Source: Sedimentisphaerales bacterium (GTDB lineage Bacteria > Planctomycetota > Phycisphaerae > Sedimentisphaerales > Anaerobacaceae). From it: a stretch of DNA of 60,233 nucleotides. A program made the position numbers and the translations under genes. The notes under the pieces were generated by a model that ran no database searches, was not told the origin of the DNA, and was given only the letters and a program-made list of their open reading frames with translations. The stretch spans positions 1-60,233 of the forward strand of contig JBELAA010000001.1 in NCBI GenBank assembly GCA_049509315.1, in the 5' to 3' direction. Positions 15,431 through 25,300 of the stretch are shown here, one piece after another (position 1 is the first letter of the stretch; each line of letters begins with the position of its first letter).

Positions 15431-16304
15431 TGGTCATATCCTTTCCCATACCAACCTCTATTTTTTCAACGAGGGATGTAAAGGTATGTCTCGCTTGTTT
15501 CTGGTCGTCGTTTTCATCTATCTGTGGTTGTTGATTTTCTGGATTCGAACGTGAAACCACTGGTATTTTCCATACTTTTTCATCAATCCAGTTTTTAACC
15601 TCTTGTGGTTTCGCGTCCTCATCTACAGAAGCAACAAAGAGATATGAATTTTTTTTGGTTTTCATTCCTTCATTTAACCAAGCAGTCGGATTATCCTTAT
15701 CTTTTGATCGATAAATTATTCTTCCTGTCTGGTCTTTGTCTTTTTTACAATATTTCAATAACTTACCCAACATTGAATAATAAATATTCTTCCCATTTCC
15801 GAGATCTAAAAGAGATTTTTTATTACCTCCCCGGCCGCCAGGCTGGGTATTATGTAATGTAGTGTAATGTAATGTAATGTAGGGCCGCTTTTTGGCATCA
15901 TCTGGCATTTTACCCGCCACTTCTGGCGACTTTTCCGCACGCGCATTTATTTCTATCATTTCAAGCCACTTACAACTACCATAACAAAAGGTAAGCATCT
16001 GCTTAATAATCGGTGCTGGTATTCGTGTTTTTCTTGATAATGAGTTTTCATCGTGTGGTGTACCATCACTTTTAATAAATGTGCCCCTTGGTGAACAAGC
16101 AGCGGCAACTTGTACGCATGCCATCCAAGCGCCGTAAATAGCGGCGCCTTCCTTACGTCTGGTGCCGTCCGGGAGCTCCATAATCATCGTGTAGCCATCA
16201 CCAGCCAACTTAATAGGGCACGCGAACCATTTAAGCTCTTTATGCTCCCTGTTGCGGCTACACTCGTAAATATCGTTCCAGTTCTTAATGCGGTAGCACT
16301 TCAT
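15414..16304 (-). CDS. Hypothetical protein
   Basis: 296-aa ORF. It contains the short (tgtaa)n tract at 15853-15882, read in frame as ITLHYTTLHN. Confidence 0.55.
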   Translation of the reverse strand: MKCYRIKNWNDIYECSRNREHKELKWFACPIKLAGDGYTMIMELPDGTRRKEGAAIYGAWMACVQVAAACSPRGTFIKSDGTPHDENSLSRKTRIPAPIIKQMLTFCYGSCKWLEMIEINARAEKSPEVAGKMPDDAKKRPYITLHYTTLHNTQPGGRGGNKKSLLDLGNGKNIYYSMLGKLLKYCKKDKDQTGRIIYRSKDKDNPTAWLNEGMKTKKNSYLFVASVDEDAKPQEVKNWIDEKVWKIPVVSRSNPENQQPQIDENDDQKQARHTFTSLVEKIEVGMGKDMTSVANP

Positions 16305-16497
16305 TTTTATTGTGCTCCGCCATCGCTATTTCGTGGAGAATCATCTTCAGCCGCAAATCACAGCAACGGTGTGCCGTTATGTTCCCCTTGGTTTCCAAAT
16401 CCATGAATTCTATTTTCCCGTTCGGCCAATGTCCGTGATACACGGCTCCTAAACGCTGCGCGGTCAAATTCGCCTGCAGTTCGCTGGTCCTTTTCAT
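16285..16497 (-). CDS. Hypothetical protein
   Basis: Start set at MKRTSELQ (ATG 16497, preceded by aGGGGGatt). The upstream part of track ORF 16285-16590 overlaps ORF 16358-16615. Confidence 0.35.
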   Translation of the reverse strand: MKRTSELQANLTAQRLGAVYHGHWPNGKIEFMDLETKGNITAHRCCDLRLKMILHEIAMAEHNKNEVLPH

Positions 16498-16615
16498 AAT
16501 CCCCCTGTGCCGGTGGTTGAATGTTTCGGTTCCCGTGATTATACCTGCCATCCGGATACAATAGCGCCATCGCGGCGTCCCATGCTTCAAGGTCTGTTTC
16601 TGTACTTACCTGCAT
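16358..16615 (-). CDS. Hypothetical protein (overlaps 16285-16497 in another frame)
   Basis: 85-aa ORF. The N-terminal third looks natural, but the rest is Arg/Gly-rich and may be out of frame. Confidence 0.3.
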   Translation of the reverse strand: MQVSTETDLEAWDAAMALLYPDGRYNHGNRNIQPPAQGDYEKDQRTAGEFDRAAFRSRVSRTLAERENRIHGFGNQGEHNGTPLL

Positions 16616-16854
16616 TTTGCCCTCTTTCTCCGAAAGTCTATTACCTGAATTCCTTTTTTATCAAGGTCCCGATCGGTGTCCTCGATCGCCAGCCGCATAT
16701 TGAATTTTATTGCCGGAGCGTCGCGCTGGCCCGATCCTACGTCCCGAATATACTCCATGCGGAATTTCCTGCCGGCGGTCCTGCTGACATGCTGTGCGAT
16801 GAGGCGCCAGTACCAGGCTTTTGATATAAGTTTCTTTTCTTTGGAGAACATCAT
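16606..16854 (-). CDS. Hypothetical basic protein
   Basis: 82-aa ORF. ATGA-type overlap with the upstream gene. Confidence 0.4.
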   Translation of the reverse strand: MMFSKEKKLISKAWYWRLIAQHVSRTAGRKFRMEYIRDVGSGQRDAPAIKFNMRLAIEDTDRDLDKKGIQVIDFRRKRAKCR

Positions 16855-17306
16855 ACTTTATCTACTTGGTGCGCGGTTATACCATCTGACAGTTGTTTTA
16901 GTGTTGAAATTACTATTCCGCGGTCTTTAAAGTATTTACGAGGCAACGTGCTGATAATTGGGCCGGCAACACCACAAAGGCGGCAATAACCAGCGACAAC
17001 TGTGTCCCCGGAAATCGGCTGCATTGTAAATGGCAGTTTAAATTTCATGCAACAATTGCTACAGTATTGAATGGCTATTTCTTCGCTTATTACTTTATTC
17101 CAGTTTTCCGCCGCCTCCGGTATAGTATCCGCCTGTTCCCCAGTCTCACCACAATCACAACCAAAACGATATTGGGTTACTCTCGTGTATTCCGTAGTTT
17201 CCCGTTCAATGTGTGGCTTAATTCCACAATAGCAAGGAGAAATTTTATGGGCTAAACATGATTTTATAATTATACGAAGATCGGCAATAATATCGAAGGT
17301 TTTCAT
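16851..17306 (-). CDS. Double zinc-ribbon protein, N-terminal Lar-like module
   Basis: CYCGIKP...GCDCGETGEQADTIPEAAENWNKV fits the Lar-type pattern C.CG...C.CG...A..WN. A second ribbon follows (CSNCC...CRLCG). Confidence 0.55.
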   Translation of the reverse strand: MKTFDIIADLRIIIKSCLAHKISPCYCGIKPHIERETTEYTRVTQYRFGCDCGETGEQADTIPEAAENWNKVISEEIAIQYCSNCCMKFKLPFTMQPISGDTVVAGYCRLCGVAGPIISTLPRKYFKDRGIVISTLKQLSDGITAHQVDKV

Positions 17307-17353
17307 CAGAAGCTCCGTTGGCCTCTTTAGTGGTGGTAATTGCTTACACCCTT

Positions 17354-17382
17354 ATAATACTCATTGCGGGAAAAGATGTCAA
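17354..17382 (-). promoter_or_regulatory. Candidate sigma70-type promoter
   Basis: The minus strand reads TTGACA (17382-17377), a 17-nt spacer, then TATTAT (17359-17354). It lies in the 85-bp gap upstream of gene 16851-17306. Confidence 0.4.
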
Positions 17383-17391
17383 GTATTTTGT

Positions 17392-17676
17392 TTAATTATT
17401 TTGGTGGTGGTAATTGCGGGGAAATACCTTCTGAATTTCTTTTATCAGGCAATCGATAAGAAGCAGGTGTTTTTCTTTGTGGTGCCGGTATGCCAAGGTT
17501 GCTATAATAATAGAACAAATAATTGCCAGCGCAATAAATATTAATGCGCTTTCGGCGTTCAGCCAGAATTGCAGGTCACATTGTTTTGAAAGGCTGTCAA
17601 GATAAGGTGCACCCTGCTTTAAAGTAATAAGGTGGGCGTACGCCGAATCAGACAGCCCCTCCATGGTATCTGTCAT
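17392..17676 (-). CDS. Membrane protein
   Basis: 94 aa with a central TM helix (ALIFIALAIICSIIIATLAY). Confidence 0.5.
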   Translation of the reverse strand: MTDTMEGLSDSAYAHLITLKQGAPYLDSLSKQCDLQFWLNAESALIFIALAIICSIIIATLAYRHHKEKHLLLIDCLIKEIQKVFPRNYHHQNN

Positions 17677-17679
17677 TGT

Positions 17680-18408
17680 TTATTTCCCGCAAGGGTCCGT
17701 TTCCTGCCTTAACGACGCCTCGAGCGCCGTGGTCTGGTCGTAGTTGTCGTCTACCTCTTTGGCGAACGGCAGAGACCAGCCGTTTTTCCCGTTCCATTCC
17801 ACCACCTCTTCGAGATCCACAACATTCGGTTTGTCGCCGTCGATTTTCCAGCTCGAGGGGAAGTCAAATTTCACGCCGATCGAGAGCAGCCAGAGGCGGT
17901 GCGCGAGTTTATACTGGACGCATACCTCCTGGGAGTTATTCACCTTCCCTATTCCGAGATACGCCAGAAGATTTTCTATGCCGTACTGCATGCCACGGCG
18001 GTGGCAATCGATCTGCCACTGTATCGACTTTGCCTGCAGGTCTTCCCCGATATCGTCGTCGTCGAAAGCCGGGCAGCGGGCGAGCGCTACAAGGTGGTTC
18101 CCGAAAGCATTTAAAGAATACTCTTCGGTTAAACAGAAATTGTTGTTCCCGTTGTTCGCAGTCACCGGATCGTACGGCCATGTCATTTCCGAGCAAATAA
18201 TATTTCCGCCGGCAGTGGTGCCTCGTCCAAGAAAGGTATGGGAAGGGATATTTGGGGAGAAAACAGCCTCGATACCGGCTATTATCCCCTTCCGTTTCGC
18301 TTCTTCCAGCCCGCGTATTGTAGCGCTGATACCATTAAGCGTGTCGGTACTATCGAATTCGGTACCCGGGACCATCATCTCGGTAAAATCAAAGACCTTT
18401 TTGCTCAT
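17680..18408 (-). CDS. Hypothetical protein
   Basis: 242-aa ORF with no recognisable motif. Confidence 0.55.
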   Translation of the reverse strand: MSKKVFDFTEMMVPGTEFDSTDTLNGISATIRGLEEAKRKGIIAGIEAVFSPNIPSHTFLGRGTTAGGNIICSEMTWPYDPVTANNGNNNFCLTEEYSLNAFGNHLVALARCPAFDDDDIGEDLQAKSIQWQIDCHRRGMQYGIENLLAYLGIGKVNNSQEVCVQYKLAHRLWLLSIGVKFDFPSSWKIDGDKPNVVDLEEVVEWNGKNGWSLPFAKEVDDNYDQTTALEASLRQETDPCGK

Positions 18409-18425
18409 AAGCGCCAGCCTTTCTT

Positions 18426-18914
18426 TTAAGTGTCACCATGAATAAGAGCCACCTGTAGCTCGGTATCGATCGACAGAAGCGCAAAAAGAGCCTCATAAAC
18501 GTCCGGGTGTATGGTTATGCAGGCCGCAGAGCCACGCCAGGTTGGGGAATATCCTTTATGAACAAGCACCTCTGTGGCTATAAATTTACCATAATGCTCT
18601 GCGTTCCTACTGGGTAATATAGTCGGTACCGGGCCGTAGTCATTCAAAACAATACACCAGCCGTGCCCGTCGGGGCGTGCGTCGTTTATCACCTTCCCCT
18701 TGTAACATCCGCAGCAGATACAGGTATAGACGGCGTCCCAGGGGTCTTTGGTGCGGGGATCGTACGGGTTGCAGCATGAGGACACCAGCTCGTCAGCCTC
18801 CCAGATAGGGGTCGGATCGGTTCCTTTAAACAGGCGCCCCCGATCGCCGTACCCCATGGCCGGCAAAGATGGGGTAGATTTTCTTAAAATCTGCAGGGTA
18901 AGAATTTCATCCAT
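18426..18914 (-). CDS. Hypothetical Cys-rich protein
   Basis: 162 aa. Contains CICCGC and VLVHKGYSPTWRGSAACITIH, which only weakly recalls the YkuD / L,D-transpeptidase-like H...S.GC motif. Confidence 0.45.
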   Translation of the reverse strand: MDEILTLQILRKSTPSLPAMGYGDRGRLFKGTDPTPIWEADELVSSCCNPYDPRTKDPWDAVYTCICCGCYKGKVINDARPDGHGWCIVLNDYGPVPTILPSRNAEHYGKFIATEVLVHKGYSPTWRGSAACITIHPDVYEALFALLSIDTELQVALIHGDT

Positions 18915-18923
18915 AAAACCCCC

Positions 18924-19325
18924 TTAATGGTGTATCGGACCAATTTGCATACCCAATAAAGCGTAGGCGGAATCGTACGAAATAGAGTCGTGGGTTACGA
19001 GCTCGTTCACAATAGACTGTTTCTGGTAAAAAGACATCTCACTGCGCTTTGCCATAGAAATTATTTTGACGGACAGCTTAATATTTCCGAGCGCGTTGTT
19101 TATAATCTTCATGTTTTCAGCGAGCTGGGAAACCGCAGTCGAACAAGGGGCGTGTTTTATGCTGTAGCATTTTTCAAAATTATAATTGAATTTACTTTCT
19201 GCCCGAGTGTCCGCTTTCGCGTTAATATTGTCGCAGACCTGTATGGTCGCTAATACTGAAGCAATGACCACCCCGAACATGGTAGCGAGCCATGTGCATG
19301 TTTTTTTGGTTATTTCGATTTGCAT
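18924..19325 (-). CDS. N-terminally membrane-anchored protein
   Basis: 133 aa with the N-terminal helix WLATMFGVVIASVLATI. Confidence 0.5.
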   Translation of the reverse strand: MQIEITKKTCTWLATMFGVVIASVLATIQVCDNINAKADTRAESKFNYNFEKCYSIKHAPCSTAVSQLAENMKIINNALGNIKLSVKIISMAKRSEMSFYQKQSIVNELVTHDSISYDSAYALLGMQIGPIHH

Positions 19326-19339
19326 ATTGACCGCCGTTT

Positions 19340-22300
19340 CTATTCCTCGTCCGCAGGTGTTGGTGGTGGCGTTTCGACCGTCGGCGCCGCTCCTTCGGTG
19401 ACTTCTTCTCCGAACGATCCGTGGTATATTTTCAAGAAATTATTATAAACCTCTTTTCTCTCCTGGATGGCACGATTATAGGCGTCCTTGTCGACCGGGT
19501 CAAGCGATTTATAGAATTCATGTTCCCGGGCCTTGGATCCAGTAAAGGGGTGTTGCAGCCCTATTTTAAAGCCATGAGCCAGCTTTTTTATTATTGTTCC
19601 ACGTGTAACATCGGGCTCCTTTTTCTGTTCCACGGCGACCACGCGCTGCCATTCCTTCGATGCTTTCTGCAGGTTTTTATCCTGAAGGGCATTCCTCACA
19701 TCCCGGTATTTGCTGATTGGATAGGTGCCCTGGTCCGGCTGTACTTCGTGTTCTTTGCGCCACGCCTCGGCCTTAAGGTAGATTTCCGTCGATTTTGAAT
19801 ACCGTGCGACCTGAAGGCCCATGGAGGTAAGTAACGATTGCCACCAATCTATGTCTTTATTCCCCTGTTTTATCATGCGCGAGAGCCCTATTGGTATCCA
19901 AGTAAGCAATTCCTCTTCAAGAAATTGCCATGCGCTTTGCGGCTGACCTCGAAAGTCTCGGTGAGAGAGCATCCAATGGACCGTCTTCCCGAGAATGGGC
20001 GACATACGGCCGGATATAAACTGGCTGGTGTTTTTAAATAATTTCCACATATCTTCTGGTACAGAGCGCAGGCCGTATTTGCGGTTTTTATAAACAAAAC
20101 TGAATGGTTCTTCGAAATGATAATCGCCGTGTCCAAAGTCCTCGCCACCAAATAGCTTATTGAGCACTCTCGCGCCGACCCAAAAAAGCACAGCAAGGGT
20201 TGTAAGTGCCATCAGCTGCTCGCGGCCGTTCTGGTGGTCCTTGGGGGTTTTGCCGGTTATTTTCCTGTATACGTCTTCCGGCAAAGTCGCAATGGATTTT
20301 ACCGCCTGACCGGCAAAGCGGGCCCGGGCTTCAAGAAAATCCGGCGCAAGAAATACCGATTGCAGGAGGTGTTGGATCGTTTTACTGCGGCCCATGTCGA
20401 TGTAGTTCTGGTGTCCGAAGGCGGCGTTTGTCTGCCGGGCCGAAAGATACTCTATATCGTCGACCGATCGTTCTCCGGATTTTATCATCCGGTCGTATCG
20501 TTTTATGTTGCGGGCCAGCATATTATTATAAACCTTGTATTTCAGGCCCGGAATATACCAGGTAAAAAGAGGTTCGCTTATTGCTTCCAGCATGGGGCCG
20601 GCGACCGGTAATTTATAAAGAATCGGCCCGGAAGAAAGCCCCTCTCTAAAATTCTGCATACCATCGTAATCCGCAATCATCATAAGTCCATGTGCGGCCG
20701 CCCGATAGTGTAATGGATTATTAACAAGGTCTATTTTATCAATTCCGGCAAAGGGGTTAGTCCAGTGACCAACGGCGTGTGTTCCCTCTTGGACCCAGTG
20801 AAAACCAGACAAGCTGAACATTGATTGCTTTGTTCCGGATTGAATGAGGTCTGCTGTCTTTATGACATCACGCACAGTACCCATAATCGGCGGCAGCTCT
20901 TTCCGGTACCATTCGCGGATAGCGTCAGTGCCAAGCACATTTTGCAGGTGACCGGCAACGTCGGGGTGTACCGCAAGGTTGCCCTGATACATCACCTTTT
21001 CGCCGTTATCTGTTGTGGAAACATACTTCCAGTCCATCATGGCTGGATGTTTGACCGGTAGATAGTCCTCGTACTGCTTTGCAAGGCTACGGGAACGGAT
21101 GAGATAAAACGGTTTTTTCCCAGGTTCTTCCGGTATCACCTTATCGCCGGACCCCATCGGCATGGCAATATGGCGGCCGTCCGGCATGAGGGTGCTATTC
21201 AGATTTGCAATAAAATCGCGTGTTTCAATGGTTTTCCCGAGTTCATAAATGTAAATACCCAGCAATTCGCCTATCTTTTTTGTCTGCGGTTTATACCCGA
21301 GCTGCTCGGCTTCAAACAGGGTGGGGATAGTCCTCTCGCGCCCGAATTTGAAATTGAGCGCCAGCTTGCCGGAAAAGCCCGCGGGTTTATCGCCTTCCAT
21401 ATCAACAAGGTGGGTGACGTAGTTGTCCCTGATTTTGTCGACGAGGTCCCGCTCCTGTGCCTGCTTTCCCAATGCTGAGTATTTATCGGATACCCAACTG
21501 AGTATTTCCTTGTCTTTTTCGTTTAATTTTAAAGCAGCCTCATAACCCTCGACCACCTTGTGTTTTATCATCCATTTACGCTGGTCGTCGTTTTTGGTGT
21601 TTTTAATCAGGTCTTTGGTTTTCTGTAATTGATACCGAATCGTTTCCTCGTCCCCCTGCGCTTCAAGGTATATCGACAAAGCCTCTTCTTTCGTTGGGTC
21701 CTTTTCGAGCTCGTCCTTCACGTACTTTTCAGCCGCAGTCGCGTATTGCGACCATTTCTGGACGTTCGCCTGCCAGGTTAAAAGAGTCTTTTTATAGGGA
21801 GTGTATGCCGGCGTTTTTGCTATCTCATTGTAGAGGTCTTCAACCCGCCGGGCGATCTTCTGGCCAATCGTGCTCTGTGGTATCGGTACCGGGCCCAGCG
21901 GTGCGCCGCGCATGTCCTTCATCTCAATATTCGTTTCCCCGAATATCTGGTCCAGGTCCTCGCCCTCCCCACGGACTTCACCATACGGCGGGCGCCCCTC
22001 TTCAACAATAGCACCCCGTTTCCCTTCGGCTTCTTTTCTTAGCGCATTCATAAAATTATCGTTTGCGGAATCCATATCCCCGCGACCACCGAGCTCGAGG
22101 TCTTCCCCGACCTCTTTTATATACGTATCTATTGCCTCTGAAAATTCCGGGGATGGAAAACCGTCCTCTGCGATGCGTCGGGCTTCCTCAAAAACATCCT
22201 GTTCGGTCAGATAATTTCCGTTTTCGTCGCCATCGTCGTACTTTTTAAGCACATCATTTAACTCTGTCTTGTATTCGTTGTACCCGTACGGCGGCTGATT

Positions 22301-25300
22301 TTCTTCGACAAGCGCAAGATTTTTCTTGTAATTACCACCACCAAACCGTATATTTAAAGATGAAGGAGGTTCTATGTTTTCTTTTGACAGTGAAGAAGCC
22401 ATGGTTTCGCGTGAGTCCTCAACCTGCCGCGTTTGGGTCCGCCTGGGCGACTCTTCACTTATAAGGTCTGTTGACGGCTTCTGGACCGTGGATAGTCCCT
22501 CTGCCGGGGAAATATTCATTCCGGTCGTTTCCAAATCGGAAGTCTCGTCGCTACTGCGCGAAGCTCTTGCCGCCGCCGTTTCAATGCCGGTGCTTTGATC
22601 GTAAGGTGCCGGTTCATCCCAGACAAACCCGGATTTATATGCATCTGGGCCCCTGTAGGTCAACGAGGGCCCCATATTTTTCTCTGTTATATAATTATCG
22701 GGTTCCCTTCCTTCGTAAACAACATCTAATAAAACATCGTCTTTTTTAAATCCCTGGCTCCTGTAAATTTCTCTAACCTCATGAACAAATTTTTCTGCGT
22801 CGGGTTCCCCTCTTGTGTTGCTGGCGACAACAATAGAAACGGTACCCCCAGCGTTCTGCTGGTTCTGGTAAAGCGTTTGTTTGTGCAGTGTAACACCCAG
22901 TCTCAACGGATACCAAGCGGTGATTTTATTTCTATTATCAAGAACAACTTGGACCGCCTTAACGCCCCTCTTCATTACGCCCTTTACCGCGTCTACGACC
23001 TCGTTGTGGCCGTATATTTTTACCGTCGGTAAGTCGTATTGTTTAGCTGGGACGTATGTGTATTTGCCTTTAAAGTCTCCATTTTCATTTATGACCGCGT
23101 ATTCCGTACCATTGATTACAATGTGCGCAACAAAACCCTTACCGAGTGTGTCGCTGTATTTTCTTGTAAGAGCCAAGTCGGCGTAAGATGGTGTTGGATC
23201 CCCACCCGGGTGGTTGTGGACCATAAATATTTTATTTGCCCCAAGACGCTCCATTCTGTTTTTTACCCGATACATTGATCGGGCAAAATCGTCGGCATCT
23301 TCAACAGCCTTACTTTGATTGGCAAGGCCGGCCGACATGGTATTGTGGGCGACTATCTCGTTTTTATTATTTACATAAATAAGGTGAACGTGTTCTATGT
23401 TCGGATGACGGAAAATAGAAAATAGTTGGGCTATTTCCTGCGGCGACGTTACAACCTTGCCGGTAAAATCTATCCTGTGCAACTTGTTCCAGCTGGCTTC
23501 AATAATACTTTGTCCTGCCCGACCGACTCCCCGTACGGTGCCCTTGGTTCGACTATAAGGCCGCCCCGGAGTTCGCTCCCGTCCGGAAACTTCTGGCTCC
23601 GGTACGGCGGACGAAGTTCGTTTTCCTCGTCTAATCCCAGGTCGGTTTTCTTCTCTGATTCCTGCTTCCGGTACCTCCGCGGGCCGAATGTTCCGTAAGG
23701 TTTCCCTGACCTGTCGGTTGGTTTCATTGAGCGCCTCCATACTGCCGAATGTGGCATTAACGTCTTCCGCCGTGTAACCGAGATCTTCGGGCTTAAACAA
23801 ATCAACCTGCTCAGTCGCCCGGGCCTCCTGCTCGTTTTTATCAAATAGTGGCGTACCTTCGAGCGGGTTCTCACGCATAATTTCTTTTCTGGCTTCTGCC
23901 CGCCGTTGTTCCTCTTCTGCGATCTCCCGCTGACCCTTGGTCCGCGTGTCCTCGAATTCCGTACCCTTAAACAGGTCGGGGGTTTCGCCATAAGGCGCCT
24001 GCGACTCTTCAACACCTCCCGATCCTGCCTCGACCCTACCCTCCGCGTCTTCCTCGTTGACCGGTTCTATGGCCTCACCGGTAGGTATAAATGCCCGTTC
24101 CTTCTCCCACCTGACCGGTTCATCCTCCGGCTTTATTTCCTCTTCCTTGTGGTCTGCAAGCACCTTGTCGAGTTCGTTCATCCGGGCTTTCTTCTGCGCG
24201 AGCTCGTCGGCAAGGGTAAAGGTAACATTTTCCTTTGCTTTGTCGTCTTCAAGGTTTTTTTCCTGTTCGGCCACGGCCGCCTGCTCGTTCTTCAGGTTCT
24301 GGTCCATCCGCTTGTATACTGCGTCGTGCAGGCTGGCAACAAGCCCTATGGGCGAGCGGCTCGACGGGCTTAACTGCCCGACGTAGTTGTATTTTCCATT
24401 CACTACAATTTCGGATATCGGCCCTTGTACTCCGAACACCTCGCCGGACGTTGTTACGGCGCCGGCTTTCCGTTCCGGCATATACCAGCCAAGTTTTGTA
24501 CGGGCGGAAATATTAAAACCTGCAAAGCGGCCGATATTCTTCTGCTCTTCGCCGTTGGAATTTCTGTCCTTCATTTTCTTTTCAAGCGCGGTAATAACTT
24601 TAAGCAGCGCAGCCCCGGCTTCGGTCCGCTTATCGTACGTCTTCCCGTCGACGAATATCGAAAATTGTTTCTCTTCAGACGGCGCGGCGCCGGGTTTAAC
24701 CTCGACCGTTTTCTCAGGTTCGCGCTGTGTGACATCGGCCTTATACGCGGCGATATTTTTATTCAAGCGTGCAATGCGCTCCGGTATTGCGCGTATTTCC
24801 GCCTTGTGGTGCGAAATATCGTTTATGTGTACCCGTTCGAGATTTTCGAGCTCCTTTACCCGGTGTCGCAGCGTCATGGCCTCTTTCATTATCGGGTCTT
24901 CGATGGAAAGGTCTTTGACGCTCCCGAAATAATCTTCTTCGATCTCATCCTGCAGGTCTTCGGGCCTGGTGTCCATTATCGTGTTGATCGACTTTGATTT
25001 TACCTCGAGCATATTCCAGATACCGGTATCAAGGCTGCCCTTCGTAACGTAGTTATAGATTTCTACGGTACCGAGTTCACCCGCAGGTGTGGTCCTCTTT
25101 CCATTCTCATCAAAGTCCACCACCTTATTGCCCTGGCGGACAAACCTGCCATTTGACTGGTCATAATCCCGCGGGCGCCATCTGGCATCCAGCTGGTGTA
25201 CGGCCTTCCCATGGTCCTGAACATTCACGCCGACACCAAGTTTTTCTACACTGCCGAAAAGCACCCTTACCTTGCCGGATCGGACGGCATCGAAGAGCTG

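Noticed and set aside
15853-15882. Short (tgtaa)n / tgtaatgtag microsatellite as a CRISPR-like or phase-variable element
   Set aside because: It is only ~30 bp with no spacer architecture. It lies in frame inside ORF 15414-16304, where it reads ITLHYTTLHN. It is too short to call functional.
18426-18914. Endolysin (YkuD / L,D-transpeptidase-like) assignment for the 162-aa Cys-rich protein
   Set aside because: Only a loose resemblance (VHKG...GSAACITI versus H...S.GC) with no supporting second motif. It is left as hypothetical.
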